24,000 nucleotides of DNA. It comes from an uncultured Clostridia bacterium (GTDB lineage Bacteria > Bacillota > Clostridia > UBA1381). A program made the position numbers and the translations under genes. The DNA is taken from positions 1-24,000 of the forward strand of contig CALXQE010000096.1 in the NCBI GenBank assembly GCA_944390495.1, in the 5' to 3' direction. Below the pieces are notes generated by a model, which was given only the letters and a program-made list of their open reading frames with translations, was not told the origin of the DNA and ran no database searches. Within the stretch, counting starts at the first letter, position 1. The number at the start of each line of letters is the position of its first letter. Shown here one piece after another: positions 13,764 through 22,257 of the stretch.

Positions 13764-16700
13764 ATGAAGAAAAGATTTATATCGCTTTTTACGATATTGT
13801 GTATGGCGGTATCGCTGATGCCGTCAATAATATTACCGGCTGCGGCAGAAACGAGCGTTTATGGTTACGGCACTAATGTATTACAGAATCCATCACCCAC
13901 ATCAAATGATTATTGGGAATTGGAAGATTGTTCTTATGGAAAATATTTGGGCTTGGGCAAAGATGAACCATATATATTCGGTGCAAAACAGGGAACGAAT
14001 ATTGCCGCAAGGCAGAAGATAACACTGATCGATGAAGATGTAATTCGTGCAAATAACGGAGAATTAACATTGTCGGCTTCAGGTAAATTTTATGCACAAG
14101 GCTCAAGAAGCCTTACGGCAAATTTGAATATTATTTGTTATAATTCATCTGGTGCTGTTTTAGCGACCTATAATGACCGTTATTCAGAGTATTCCTTTAG
14201 TGGCAGGACAAAGACTTTAAGTATAGGGGAGTCACAGATTCCTGCCGGTACCTCTTATATTGTGTATGAGGGTACGGAAGTCTTGGGTTCGGGCAATGCT
14301 TATTTCGGCATGTATGATTTCAGCATGATATTTTTCGACAAAACCACCCCAACGGTTAAAACTACACCATATCTTTATGCGGTAAATGATGATACAAATT
14401 TGCCGGCGTATGTTGTGCCTGAAAATAAGATTACATATGCTATTGATTTTAGCGAAGCGGTGACGGTCGGTGCATATCCTACAATAGATTTATCTATTGA
14501 ATCAGATGTAAGCTATGATATAACTTATTCAGAGGATAGGCAAACTGTATATTTTACAACGGCACTTCCTAATACGGGAACAAATACAAACGTTCAGCTT
14601 AAAAAAATATCAGGACTTTATGTTAAAGATGATGCGGGAAACGAATGCAGTTATACAGACGAATCACTTTCCGTCGGCAATCTTTCGTACAAATCTGTTT
14701 TTGATGTTACAAACAGCCTTACGAATTTAAGTTTTGCCGGAAACACGACTGTTAGGTACAAAACAGCATATTCTGCAACTCTTACACCGAATGACGGGTA
14801 TAAACTGCCTGATAGCATTACCGTAAAGGTAAACGGCAGTACCATAACCGATTATAATTATAATTCGTCAACGGGACAAATTTTGGTAAATTCCTCTGCA
14901 GTGACGGGTAATATTGAAATTACAGCGACAGCACCGGCACAAACATATACCATTACATTTGATATGCAGGGAGGTAGCGGCGGTACAGGAAGTATGGACA
15001 TAACGTACCTTAACCAATTATCATCTGTTACACCTCCGACACGTAACGGCTATACCTTTGGCGGATACTTTAGTGAAAAAAATGGCGGCGGAACACAGTA
15101 TTACCAGTATGATGGAAATTCAGGAAAAATATATGACAAAACTACCAATATAACGCTGTATGCGAAATGGACTCCGAAAGAGTATAGCGTTACACTTGAT
15201 GCACAGGGCGGAACGAATGGCGGAACGGTTACCGCAACTTATGATTCAGACATGCCTGCTATGACAAAACCAACTAAAAAAGGCTATACCTTTAATGGGT
15301 ATTATACACAGCCAAACGGAGCAGGCGAGAAATATTATAATGCTGACGGAACATCTGCGAGGAAATATGATAAAATAGACGGACTGGTACTTTATGCATC
15401 ATGGATTGCCAATGAGCATACTGTTACGCTGGATATGCAGGGCGGAAGCGGTAGGACGGCAAGCGTTACTGCAACCTATGACCAAGCTATGCCAAGCATT
15501 AAACCTCCTACCAGAGAGGGATATACCTTTGGTGGATATTTTGATAATACAAACGGAGAAGGAAATCAGTATTACTACCCAAACGGTACATCTGCAAAGA
15601 CCTTTGAGGTGGACAGCGACTTAATACTTTATGCCAAGTGGACACCTAATATATATGATGTAGTGATAGATGCCCAGGGCGGTTCGGGCAGCGGAACTGT
15701 TACAGCGACCTATGACAGTGAGATGCCTGTGATAGCTTTGCCGGACAAACCGGGTTATATATTCGGCGGATACTTTAGTGAAAAAAATGGCGGCGGAACA
15801 AAGTATTACAATGAGGATTGTACGTCTTCAATAACGTATAAACAAACGGAAGGTATCACTCTATACGCACTTTGGACGCCGATTACATACAATATTCAGC
15901 TTTACAGCATGGGAGAAAATGTAGGAACATTAACGGACGTTACATACGGTGAGTTAAGTCTACCGTCTGCGGAAAGTCTTGGAATTTCTTATGCAAATCA
16001 TAATTTTGTAGGTTGGAATATTTATGATGAACAGAATTGGGCGATGTATATTGCAGGTCAAACCTATTCGACAGGTCTTGTAACAGAGCAGGGAAAGACA
16101 GCGTATGTATATGCAGCGTGGCTTGAAAAAGATAAATATACCGTTACCTATGATGCAAACGGCGGAGGGGGTGCACCTGCGGCCGTAGAAGTACATGTTG
16201 ATGAAACAATCACACTTAGTTCTTCTGTTCCAAGTCGTGAAAACTATACATTTGTCGGTTGGTCTCAAAATTCCGGAGCAGATACGGCACAGTATCAGCC
16301 GGGTGATAGTTTCACAATGGGGAATTCCCTTGTAACTCTTTTTGCAGTGTGGAAGAAAAATCCCGAATTATCATATAACTCAAATGGCGGTGTTTTCAGT
16401 ACCTATGTAGGAGTGTCATATCCGACGGCAGGAAGCAGTGTAAATCTTACGAGTGCCACACCACAGAAAGAAGGATATATTTTCTGTGGTTGGGCAGAAA
16501 GGGAAAATGCAGCCATTGACGATATCATATCATCGCCATATACAATGCCTGATAGAGATACAGTGCTTTATGCTGTATATGAGCCGATTAAATATGAAGT
16601 TCGGGTGAGTGAAGCAGCGGGCTATTCGGTTAACGGTATATCTGCTGACGGATATACAATCGGAGAGTATGCGGAATTTACTGTAAGCGGTGCAAATCCA

Positions 16701-19700
16701 AAGGTATATATAAACGGTATTCGTGTTATGCCTGAGGACGGGAAATATAAATTTGAAGTAAGCAATAGTTCGTCGATTATAGTTTCTGATTCTTCGTCGA
16801 TGAATGTAATTTATAGTGCAAACGGCGGTGTGAATGCACCTGTTGACATGAAAGTTTACGCAAACGGAGATACTGCATACATAACCTCACAGATACCGAC
16901 CAAAACAGGATATACATTCAAGGGCTGGACGGAAGCACCGAATTCCAGAAGTACAGTATATAATTACGGCGACAGTATTGCGGTTTCGGCGGAGGATATT
17001 GTATTATATGCTCTATGGGAACCTGTGAGCTATACTGTTAAATATGATTCAAATGGTGGCAGCGGCGATATGACACAAACCACAGCTGTATATGATGAAG
17101 CATTTAAGCTTTCGGAAAATACCTTTACAAAAGAGGGCTGTCAGTTTATAGGCTGGTCATATTCAGAAAACGGAGAGATGGCATATGCAAACGGAGCAAG
17201 TGTAAAAAATCTTTCCGATACACAGGATGATGAAATTACCCTTTATGCAATGTGGAAAAGTGCAAAGACAAAGGTTTTGTTTAATTTTGACGGGGGATCT
17301 TCCGGAACAACCTCATGCGAGGTTGAATACGGAAATGTGCTGCCGACAGACAAGCTGATTGCACCAATCAGATACGGATTTACATTTGCGGGATACTATA
17401 CAGAGGCAAATAAGAAAGGCAATTTAGTCTACAATGAGGATATGTCTTTGTCAGATTATTATAAAACAAATCCATGGAACAGCGTTTTATCTGAATTTAA
17501 TTTATATGCAGCATGGGAGCCGGTAAAATATAACGTATCATTTATAAGCGAAACAGGAGCAGTTGTTGCTGAAATAGAAGCAGTCTATGGAGAAGCTTTT
17601 ACATTGCCTGAAGTGGATACATTGGATGTTTCTGTTCCGGAGGGATATTCATTTAGAGGCTGGTCTGTTGCTCCGGGAAGTAATACGGTTTATTACAGTG
17701 ACGGTCAAAAAATTACAACAGGTCTTACAGGAGAAAACGATGTAACGGTTTATCTGTATGCTGTGATTCTTGAAAATGAAAGCTATTTGGTAACGCTTCC
17801 TGCCTCCGGTGAAGGTTATCATGTATATTATGACGGGGATGAATTAACGGCGGAGAAAAATGTAACAGTTACTGAGAATAAAAATATTTCGTTCAGCATA
17901 ACAGTAGACGATGGATACAGTGCAGATGAAATGACTGTTTTGACAAATGGGATTATACTTGGTGCTACAGAGATAAACGGCAGTACATACAGTTACAGTA
18001 TAAATAACATATCTGCCGACACAAGCGTTAATATATATAATGTTAATAAGGAAAAATTTAATGTTATACTTAATGACGGAACAGGTTACACTGTGTCGCC
18101 TAAAAATATAATAGTAGAAAGCGGACAGGACTTCAGTTTTTCAGTTACGCTTAAAGATGGATATAAAACTTCAATTCCTGATGTATATGTAAACGGACAG
18201 CTTATAAGCGGAACTAAGAATGAAAATATATTTACATATACCGTTACTGATGTAACAATGCAGCCTGTTATTTCAATTTCTGTTACACCGAATCAGCAGC
18301 ATACAATTACCTTTGTAAGTAACGGCAGTATATATCTAATAAGCACAGTGGAGGAGGGGATGCAGGTATCCCAGCCGAGTGCACCCGATAGAAACGGATA
18401 TACATTTGGAGGATGGTATACAGATATAGAGTGTAATAACCCATATGATTTTCAAACGGAGATAACAGATTCTATCACGCTTTATGCAAAGTGGACTGCT
18501 GATACATACACTGTGGAATATGACAAAAATACAACTGATGATGTTTCTGTCCCGGACAGTCAAACAAAAAATCACGACACTGTACTTACGCTAAGCTCTG
18601 ATATTCCGACTCGTACAGGATATACTTTTACAGGCTGGAATACAAAAGCTGACGGAACTGGAACAAGTTATATTGCAGGCGGTGAACTTAGCATAAATAA
18701 TAATATTACCCTCTATGCACAGTGGCAAATTAATAGATATGCAGTTTCGCTTGTTGTGGGAGATGGTGTGAGTGGCAGCATAAGCGCAAGTGAAGCTGCA
18801 CATGGCGAAACTGTTAAAATTACCGCAGTGAGTACAGATGGTCACGGTACACCTGTTGTTACAGCAATTCCTAAGGAAAATGCAGAACTTGTTTCTGACG
18901 GTGTCTATAAAATAACAGGTCCTGTTTCCTTTGTAGCAATGGCAGAGGCTAAGGGGATTTACACAGTAAAATTTTACCACAACGGCGGACTTTATTATAC
19001 GCAGTCTGCCATTGAGGGAAGTACAGACACAATCATACTGCCTAATCCTCCTGAAAAACAGGGTTATACTTTTGTCGGCTGGTTTACTGAACAGACAGGA
19101 GGAGAAGAGATAAATGAGTCGACGGTTTTGGATAAAGATATGTCTGTATATGCACAATTTACGGCAAATACTTTGACCGTAACACTGCCGCAAAGCGGAA
19201 ATGGATATATAGTTACGTCAAACGACGACACAAACGTAACTTATGGCGGCAGCTATACATTTACAATCACAGCAACAGCCGGTAATAACATTGATAATAT
19301 AGTAATTTTTGCAAACGGCATGGAGCTTACGCCGGTATCTGTAAGTGACGGAGTAATAATTTATACTATAAGCAATATAACAGAAAATATCACAGTCAGC
19401 ATAAGAGACGGTGGAATTGATACTTATACGATTACCTATCATTCGGCAACATCGGAGTATGTAGGTAATATGCCTGAAGGTCAGATTAAAGAAATTGGAA
19501 ACAGTGTTACATTATCAAATCTTGAACCACAGCGTTATGGATATACATTTGAAGGCTGGGCAACAGAGAAAGACGGTGAAGTGATTTACATGCCCGGTGC
19601 GGAATATACTGCTGATGAGGATGTTAATTTATATGCCGTATGGACACCAATAACATATACAGTTACTTATGAATTAAACGGCGGTACTATTAACAGCGGA

Positions 19701-21590
19701 GAAATAAATGAGTATGTGTATTCTGTCGGAGCGGTACTTCCGTCAGATGTAACAAAAGACGGATTTGATTTTATAGGTTGGTACGATAATGAATTTCTTG
19801 AAGGAGTACGTGTAACAGAAATTACACCTACAGACAGCGGAGATAAAAAATATTATGCACGTTATTCATTGTCGAGTGTTGTACCGAATGGTTATGAGGG
19901 TGAATATGACGGAAGCGGACATATTTTAGAATACACGCTGGTAGATGAACTGACAGTGCAATCATATCAATGGTATTTTAAGGCGGATAGCAGTAATATG
20001 TTTATACCTGTTCAGTCAGAATCTGCATTTTCTTATACTGTATGTGATGTGTCGGACAGCGGCGAGTATTACTGTTATGTAGAAGCGTTGCAAGACGGCT
20101 GCATTGTGAGATTTAACACCGGAGCGGCAAATGTTAATATTACAAAGAAACCGCTTTTGGTAAAAGCAAAGAGTGCCCAGAAAACCTATGACACTTTGCC
20201 ACTGACGTCGAAAGAAATTGAATTTACAGACGAAACTGTACCGATAAGCGGACATATTGTAAAAGCAGAAATGACAGAAACAAGTACAATTACAAATGCA
20301 GGAACGGTCGAAAATAATCTGCAAAATGTTACTGTTTATGATGCCGATAATAATGATGTAACAGCAAATTATGAAATTCAATGTATATCCGGAACACTTA
20401 CTGTAAATAAATTGCCTCTTTCAGTAGAGGGAAATACAGTATCGAAATATAAAAATGCTTCTGTTGCAGAAAGTGAATTATACAAGATTTCAGGTGTTTT
20501 AAGCGGTGAAACACTTTCTATTGACAATACATCTTTTGTTATAACAAATTCAAAGGGTGAAGTGGTAAACAGTTTAAGTGATATTACAAAAGAAAACGGC
20601 ACTTATAAAATTACCATAACATTTAACGGTTTTGCAGGTGATGGCTGTGAAAACTATACAGGAAGCGGTAATATTATTTCTAATATTACCGTAAGTTCTC
20701 GTCCTTCAGGCGGCGGCAGCAGCGGAGGTAGCAGTGGCGGTAGTGGCAGTAGTAGTAACAGCGAGGGTGACAGCGAAGCTGACAATGAACAATCAAAGTA
20801 TGTAGTAAGCTTTGATACAAACGGTGCTGAAAAAATAGACAGCGTTACGGTTATTAAAAATCAAAAATTAAATCAACCGGAAGAGCCGACAAAGGAAGGA
20901 TATACTTTTGGTGGTTGGTACACAGATAGAGAGCTTACAACTGCTTATGATTTCTCTTTAGGGGTAACAGAATCATTTGTGCTTTATGCAAAGTGGACAA
21001 AAACAGATGATAACAATGATAATGAACAGTATGAACCTCCGTTTGATGATGTTGAGCCTGATAAGTGGTATTATACCGATATCGGTTTTGTGGTTGAGAA
21101 CGGCATATTTAACGGAATAACAGATGAAATTTTTGGGCCTGAGGAGATTATCACAAGAGCGATGCTTGTTACGGTTTTATATCGTGTAGAGGGTGAACCG
21201 GAAGTTACAGGTACTGCCACCTTTGAAGATATAGATAAAGACGGGTATTATGCAGAAGCGATTGTTTGGGGACAGCAGAACGGAATAATAAAAGGATATT
21301 CCGACACGGAATTTGCTCCCGACCAAAACATTACAAGAGAACAGATAGCGGCAATCATGCACAGATACGCTAAGTATAAAGGTATTGACACAACAGAGGA
21401 AGAAAAAACAGATATTTATTTCTATACAGATTATGATGATATTTCAGGGTATGCAATACCGTCTGTTCAGTATGTTGTCGGCAGTGGTTTGATGCAGGGC
21501 AAGACTGCTGTAACATTCCATGCTCTTGATAATGCAACAAGAGCGGAAATAGCAGCTATACTTCATAGATTTATTGTATCAAACAATTAA
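13764..21590 (+). CDS. 2608-aa secreted, SLH-anchored cell-surface protein with ~17 Listeria-Bacteroides repeat (Flg_new-type) domains, Ig-like modules, MBG-like domains, a Gly/Ser linker and 3 C-terminal SLH domains
   Basis: The signal peptide is MKKRFISLFTILCMAVSLMPSIILPAAAE. The motif GYTFxGW(Y/F)...LYAKW recurs. NYEIQCISGTLTVNK is MBG-like. The linker is SGGGSSGGSSGGSGSSS. The SLH repeats are FDDVEPDKWYY..., FEDIDKDGYYAEAI... and ...SGYAIPSVQYVVGSG.... AAGGAG precedes the ATG. Confidence 0.9.
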   Translation: MKKRFISLFTILCMAVSLMPSIILPAAAETSVYGYGTNVLQNPSPTSNDYWELEDCSYGKYLGLGKDEPYIFGAKQGTNIAARQKITLIDEDVIRANNGELTLSASGKFYAQGSRSLTANLNIICYNSSGAVLATYNDRYSEYSFSGRTKTLSIGESQIPAGTSYIVYEGTEVLGSGNAYFGMYDFSMIFFDKTTPTVKTTPYLYAVNDDTNLPAYVVPENKITYAIDFSEAVTVGAYPTIDLSIESDVSYDITYSEDRQTVYFTTALPNTGTNTNVQLKKISGLYVKDDAGNECSYTDESLSVGNLSYKSVFDVTNSLTNLSFAGNTTVRYKTAYSATLTPNDGYKLPDSITVKVNGSTITDYNYNSSTGQILVNSSAVTGNIEITATAPAQTYTITFDMQGGSGGTGSMDITYLNQLSSVTPPTRNGYTFGGYFSEKNGGGTQYYQYDGNSGKIYDKTTNITLYAKWTPKEYSVTLDAQGGTNGGTVTATYDSDMPAMTKPTKKGYTFNGYYTQPNGAGEKYYNADGTSARKYDKIDGLVLYASWIANEHTVTLDMQGGSGRTASVTATYDQAMPSIKPPTREGYTFGGYFDNTNGEGNQYYYPNGTSAKTFEVDSDLILYAKWTPNIYDVVIDAQGGSGSGTVTATYDSEMPVIALPDKPGYIFGGYFSEKNGGGTKYYNEDCTSSITYKQTEGITLYALWTPITYNIQLYSMGENVGTLTDVTYGELSLPSAESLGISYANHNFVGWNIYDEQNWAMYIAGQTYSTGLVTEQGKTAYVYAAWLEKDKYTVTYDANGGGGAPAAVEVHVDETITLSSSVPSRENYTFVGWSQNSGADTAQYQPGDSFTMGNSLVTLFAVWKKNPELSYNSNGGVFSTYVGVSYPTAGSSVNLTSATPQKEGYIFCGWAERENAAIDDIISSPYTMPDRDTVLYAVYEPIKYEVRVSEAAGYSVNGISADGYTIGEYAEFTVSGANPKVYINGIRVMPEDGKYKFEVSNSSSIIVSDSSSMNVIYSANGGVNAPVDMKVYANGDTAYITSQIPTKTGYTFKGWTEAPNSRSTVYNYGDSIAVSAEDIVLYALWEPVSYTVKYDSNGGSGDMTQTTAVYDEAFKLSENTFTKEGCQFIGWSYSENGEMAYANGASVKNLSDTQDDEITLYAMWKSAKTKVLFNFDGGSSGTTSCEVEYGNVLPTDKLIAPIRYGFTFAGYYTEANKKGNLVYNEDMSLSDYYKTNPWNSVLSEFNLYAAWEPVKYNVSFISETGAVVAEIEAVYGEAFTLPEVDTLDVSVPEGYSFRGWSVAPGSNTVYYSDGQKITTGLTGENDVTVYLYAVILENESYLVTLPASGEGYHVYYDGDELTAEKNVTVTENKNISFSITVDDGYSADEMTVLTNGIILGATEINGSTYSYSINNISADTSVNIYNVNKEKFNVILNDGTGYTVSPKNIIVESGQDFSFSVTLKDGYKTSIPDVYVNGQLISGTKNENIFTYTVTDVTMQPVISISVTPNQQHTITFVSNGSIYLISTVEEGMQVSQPSAPDRNGYTFGGWYTDIECNNPYDFQTEITDSITLYAKWTADTYTVEYDKNTTDDVSVPDSQTKNHDTVLTLSSDIPTRTGYTFTGWNTKADGTGTSYIAGGELSINNNITLYAQWQINRYAVSLVVGDGVSGSISASEAAHGETVKITAVSTDGHGTPVVTAIPKENAELVSDGVYKITGPVSFVAMAEAKGIYTVKFYHNGGLYYTQSAIEGSTDTIILPNPPEKQGYTFVGWFTEQTGGEEINESTVLDKDMSVYAQFTANTLTVTLPQSGNGYIVTSNDDTNVTYGGSYTFTITATAGNNIDNIVIFANGMELTPVSVSDGVIIYTISNITENITVSIRDGGIDTYTITYHSATSEYVGNMPEGQIKEIGNSVTLSNLEPQRYGYTFEGWATEKDGEVIYMPGAEYTADEDVNLYAVWTPITYTVTYELNGGTINSGEINEYVYSVGAVLPSDVTKDGFDFIGWYDNEFLEGVRVTEITPTDSGDKKYYARYSLSSVVPNGYEGEYDGSGHILEYTLVDELTVQSYQWYFKADSSNMFIPVQSESAFSYTVCDVSDSGEYYCYVEALQDGCIVRFNTGAANVNITKKPLLVKAKSAQKTYDTLPLTSKEIEFTDETVPISGHIVKAEMTETSTITNAGTVENNLQNVTVYDADNNDVTANYEIQCISGTLTVNKLPLSVEGNTVSKYKNASVAESELYKISGVLSGETLSIDNTSFVITNSKGEVVNSLSDITKENGTYKITITFNGFAGDGCENYTGSGNIISNITVSSRPSGGGSSGGSSGGSGSSSNSEGDSEADNEQSKYVVSFDTNGAEKIDSVTVIKNQKLNQPEEPTKEGYTFGGWYTDRELTTAYDFSLGVTESFVLYAKWTKTDDNNDNEQYEPPFDDVEPDKWYYTDIGFVVENGIFNGITDEIFGPEEIITRAMLVTVLYRVEGEPEVTGTATFEDIDKDGYYAEAIVWGQQNGIIKGYSDTEFAPDQNITREQIAAIMHRYAKYKGIDTTEEEKTDIYFYTDYDDISGYAIPSVQYVVGSGLMQGKTAVTFHALDNATRAEIAAILHRFIVSNN
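14943..15887 (+). repeat. four tandem ~237-bp (79-codon) intragenic repeats encoding Listeria-Bacteroides repeat units
   Basis: The units begin TYTITFDMQGG, YSVTLDAQGG, HTVTLDMQGG and YDVVIDAQGG. An identical 36-nt block GGCGGATACTTTAGTGAAAAAAATGGCGGCGGAACA occurs at 15060-15095 and 15765-15800. Confidence 0.75.
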
Positions 21591-21607
21591 ATAACGGGAA
21601 TTTTAAT

Positions 21608-21640
21608 GGGCATACCAAAAAACGGTATGCCCTAATTTTA
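21608..21640. terminator. rho-independent terminator after the giant gene
   Basis: A 9-bp perfect stem (GGGCATACC / GGTATGCCC) with a 7-nt loop is followed by TAATTTTA. On the other strand it is followed by ATTAAAATT. Confidence 0.6.
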
Positions 21641-21682
21641 TGTGTAAATGAATATGATAAACTGTATTTACTAAATTCATAG

Positions 21683-22090
21683 CTATATTACAAACGCAGT
21701 AGGGACTGCGTTTTTAATTGAAAGTTCTTCTCGTTTTAAATAGTCACGGCAGGCAATGTGGTTATCTTCAAGTTCTTTTTTTAAGTTTGGTTGTATTTGA
21801 CCGCCAAACACCAGTGCTGATGGGTTTATATTTCTTATAAGTTCATCTATTGTTAATGGTTCTTTTGCGTATGGTGAATTAATAGTTACTCCGTCAAAGG
21901 TTACAGGTACAGGCAGAATTATTATATCTGCACCGAGAACAAAATCCTTATCTGTTTCAGCCAATCCTTCGTCTACTGCTATATCTTTGTCGAAACCGTA
22001 CATAAAGACATGATACCCTTCTTCTTTCATAAGGCGTGCAAGGGTAAGCTGCCTTAAATCTCCGCCTATAACGGAAACTGTTTCAAACAT
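21683..22090 (-). CDS. dpaA: dipicolinate synthase subunit A, 5' (N-terminal) fragment of a split gene (132 genuine codons plus 3 element-encoded codons and a stop)
   Basis: MFETVSVIGGDLRQLTLARLMKEEGYHVFMYGFD... aligns with the SpoVFA N-terminus (KIAVIGGDARQLEIIRKL...LVGFD). A GGAGG RBS is present. Homology stops at PTA. Confidence 0.88.
   Translation of the reverse strand: MFETVSVIGGDLRQLTLARLMKEEGYHVFMYGFDKDIAVDEGLAETDKDFVLGADIIILPVPVTFDGVTINSPYAKEPLTIDELIRNINPSALVFGGQIQPNLKKELEDNHIACRDYLKREELSIKNAVPTAFVI
21696..21712. repeat. attR core: GCAGTAGGGACTGCGTT (partner at 1591-1607)
   Basis: See the attL entry. It lies at the exact point where the dpaA 5' fragment departs from SpoVFA homology (…NAVPTA then FVI-stop). 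Confidence 0.8.
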
Positions 22091-22123
22091 ATGTATGCCT
22101 CCTTTTGTGTTTACTCTGCTTTA

Positions 22124-22151
22124 TATAATATGAATAATATTGTATATGTGT
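22124..22151 (-). promoter_or_regulatory. candidate sigma-K-type (mother-cell) promoter of dpaA
   Basis: On the minus strand it reads AC (22151-22150), 17 nt, CATATTATA (22132-22124). This matches the AC-N16/17-CATAnnnTA consensus and lies ~30 nt upstream of the dpaA ATG. The AT-rich context makes a chance match possible. Confidence 0.3.
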
Positions 22152-22218
22152 TATAAAAGAGTATTAAATACTTAAATATAGTTAACAATTTGTTCAAAAA
22201 TGAAATACAGTTTGTTAA

Positions 22219-22246
22219 TTGACATTTTGGAAAAAGTGAGTATAAT
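22219..22246 (+). promoter_or_regulatory. sigma-A promoter of the ctsR operon
   Basis: It reads TTGACA (22219-22224), 16 nt, TATAAT (22241-22246). Confidence 0.65.
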
Positions 22247-22257
22247 AATAAATGAAA

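Larger units (their letters stand above)
1591..21712. mobile_element. ~20.1 kb large-serine-recombinase integrative (intervening) element inserted in dpaA; coordinates include both core repeat copies
   Basis: It is bounded by direct 17-bp core repeats, and the recombinase gene lies near the left end. The flanking half-genes join in frame. The inner arms form a symmetric attP-like site. Confidence 0.8.

Noticed and set aside
20701-20790. A GGC/AGC-rich simple-sequence tract that looks like a microsatellite.
   Set aside because: It is in frame and encodes a Gly/Ser-rich interdomain linker (SGGGSSGGSSGGSGSSSNSEGDSE) of the surface protein. It is imperfect at the DNA level, so it is not an obvious slippage tract.
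13873-21362. Nine minus-strand track ORFs inside the giant gene (13873-14106, 14651-14845, 15960-16268, 18336-18575, 18591-19193, 19218-19442, 20016-20381, 20378-20602, 21177-21362) and the plus-strand alternative-frame ORF 15394-15624.
   Set aside because: All lie entirely within a 7.8-kb ORF that has clear domain content. Their products are Cys/Ile/Arg-rich and low-complexity, with no RBS or motifs. They look like antisense or off-frame shadows of a repetitive coding sequence.
1591-21712. The idea that the 20-kb insertion is a prophage, as skin and SPbeta are.
   Set aside because: I can recognise no capsid, portal, terminase, tail, holin/endolysin or CI/Cro-like genes. I describe it as a recombinase-borne genomic island, pending profile searches.
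1119-22090. The idea that dpaA is simply a dead pseudogene disrupted by a mobile element.
   Set aside because: This is not fully excluded. It is disfavoured because both halves are free of stops and frameshifts, the junction rejoins in frame at a conserved motif, the att architecture and recombinase look intact, and dpaB downstream is intact.
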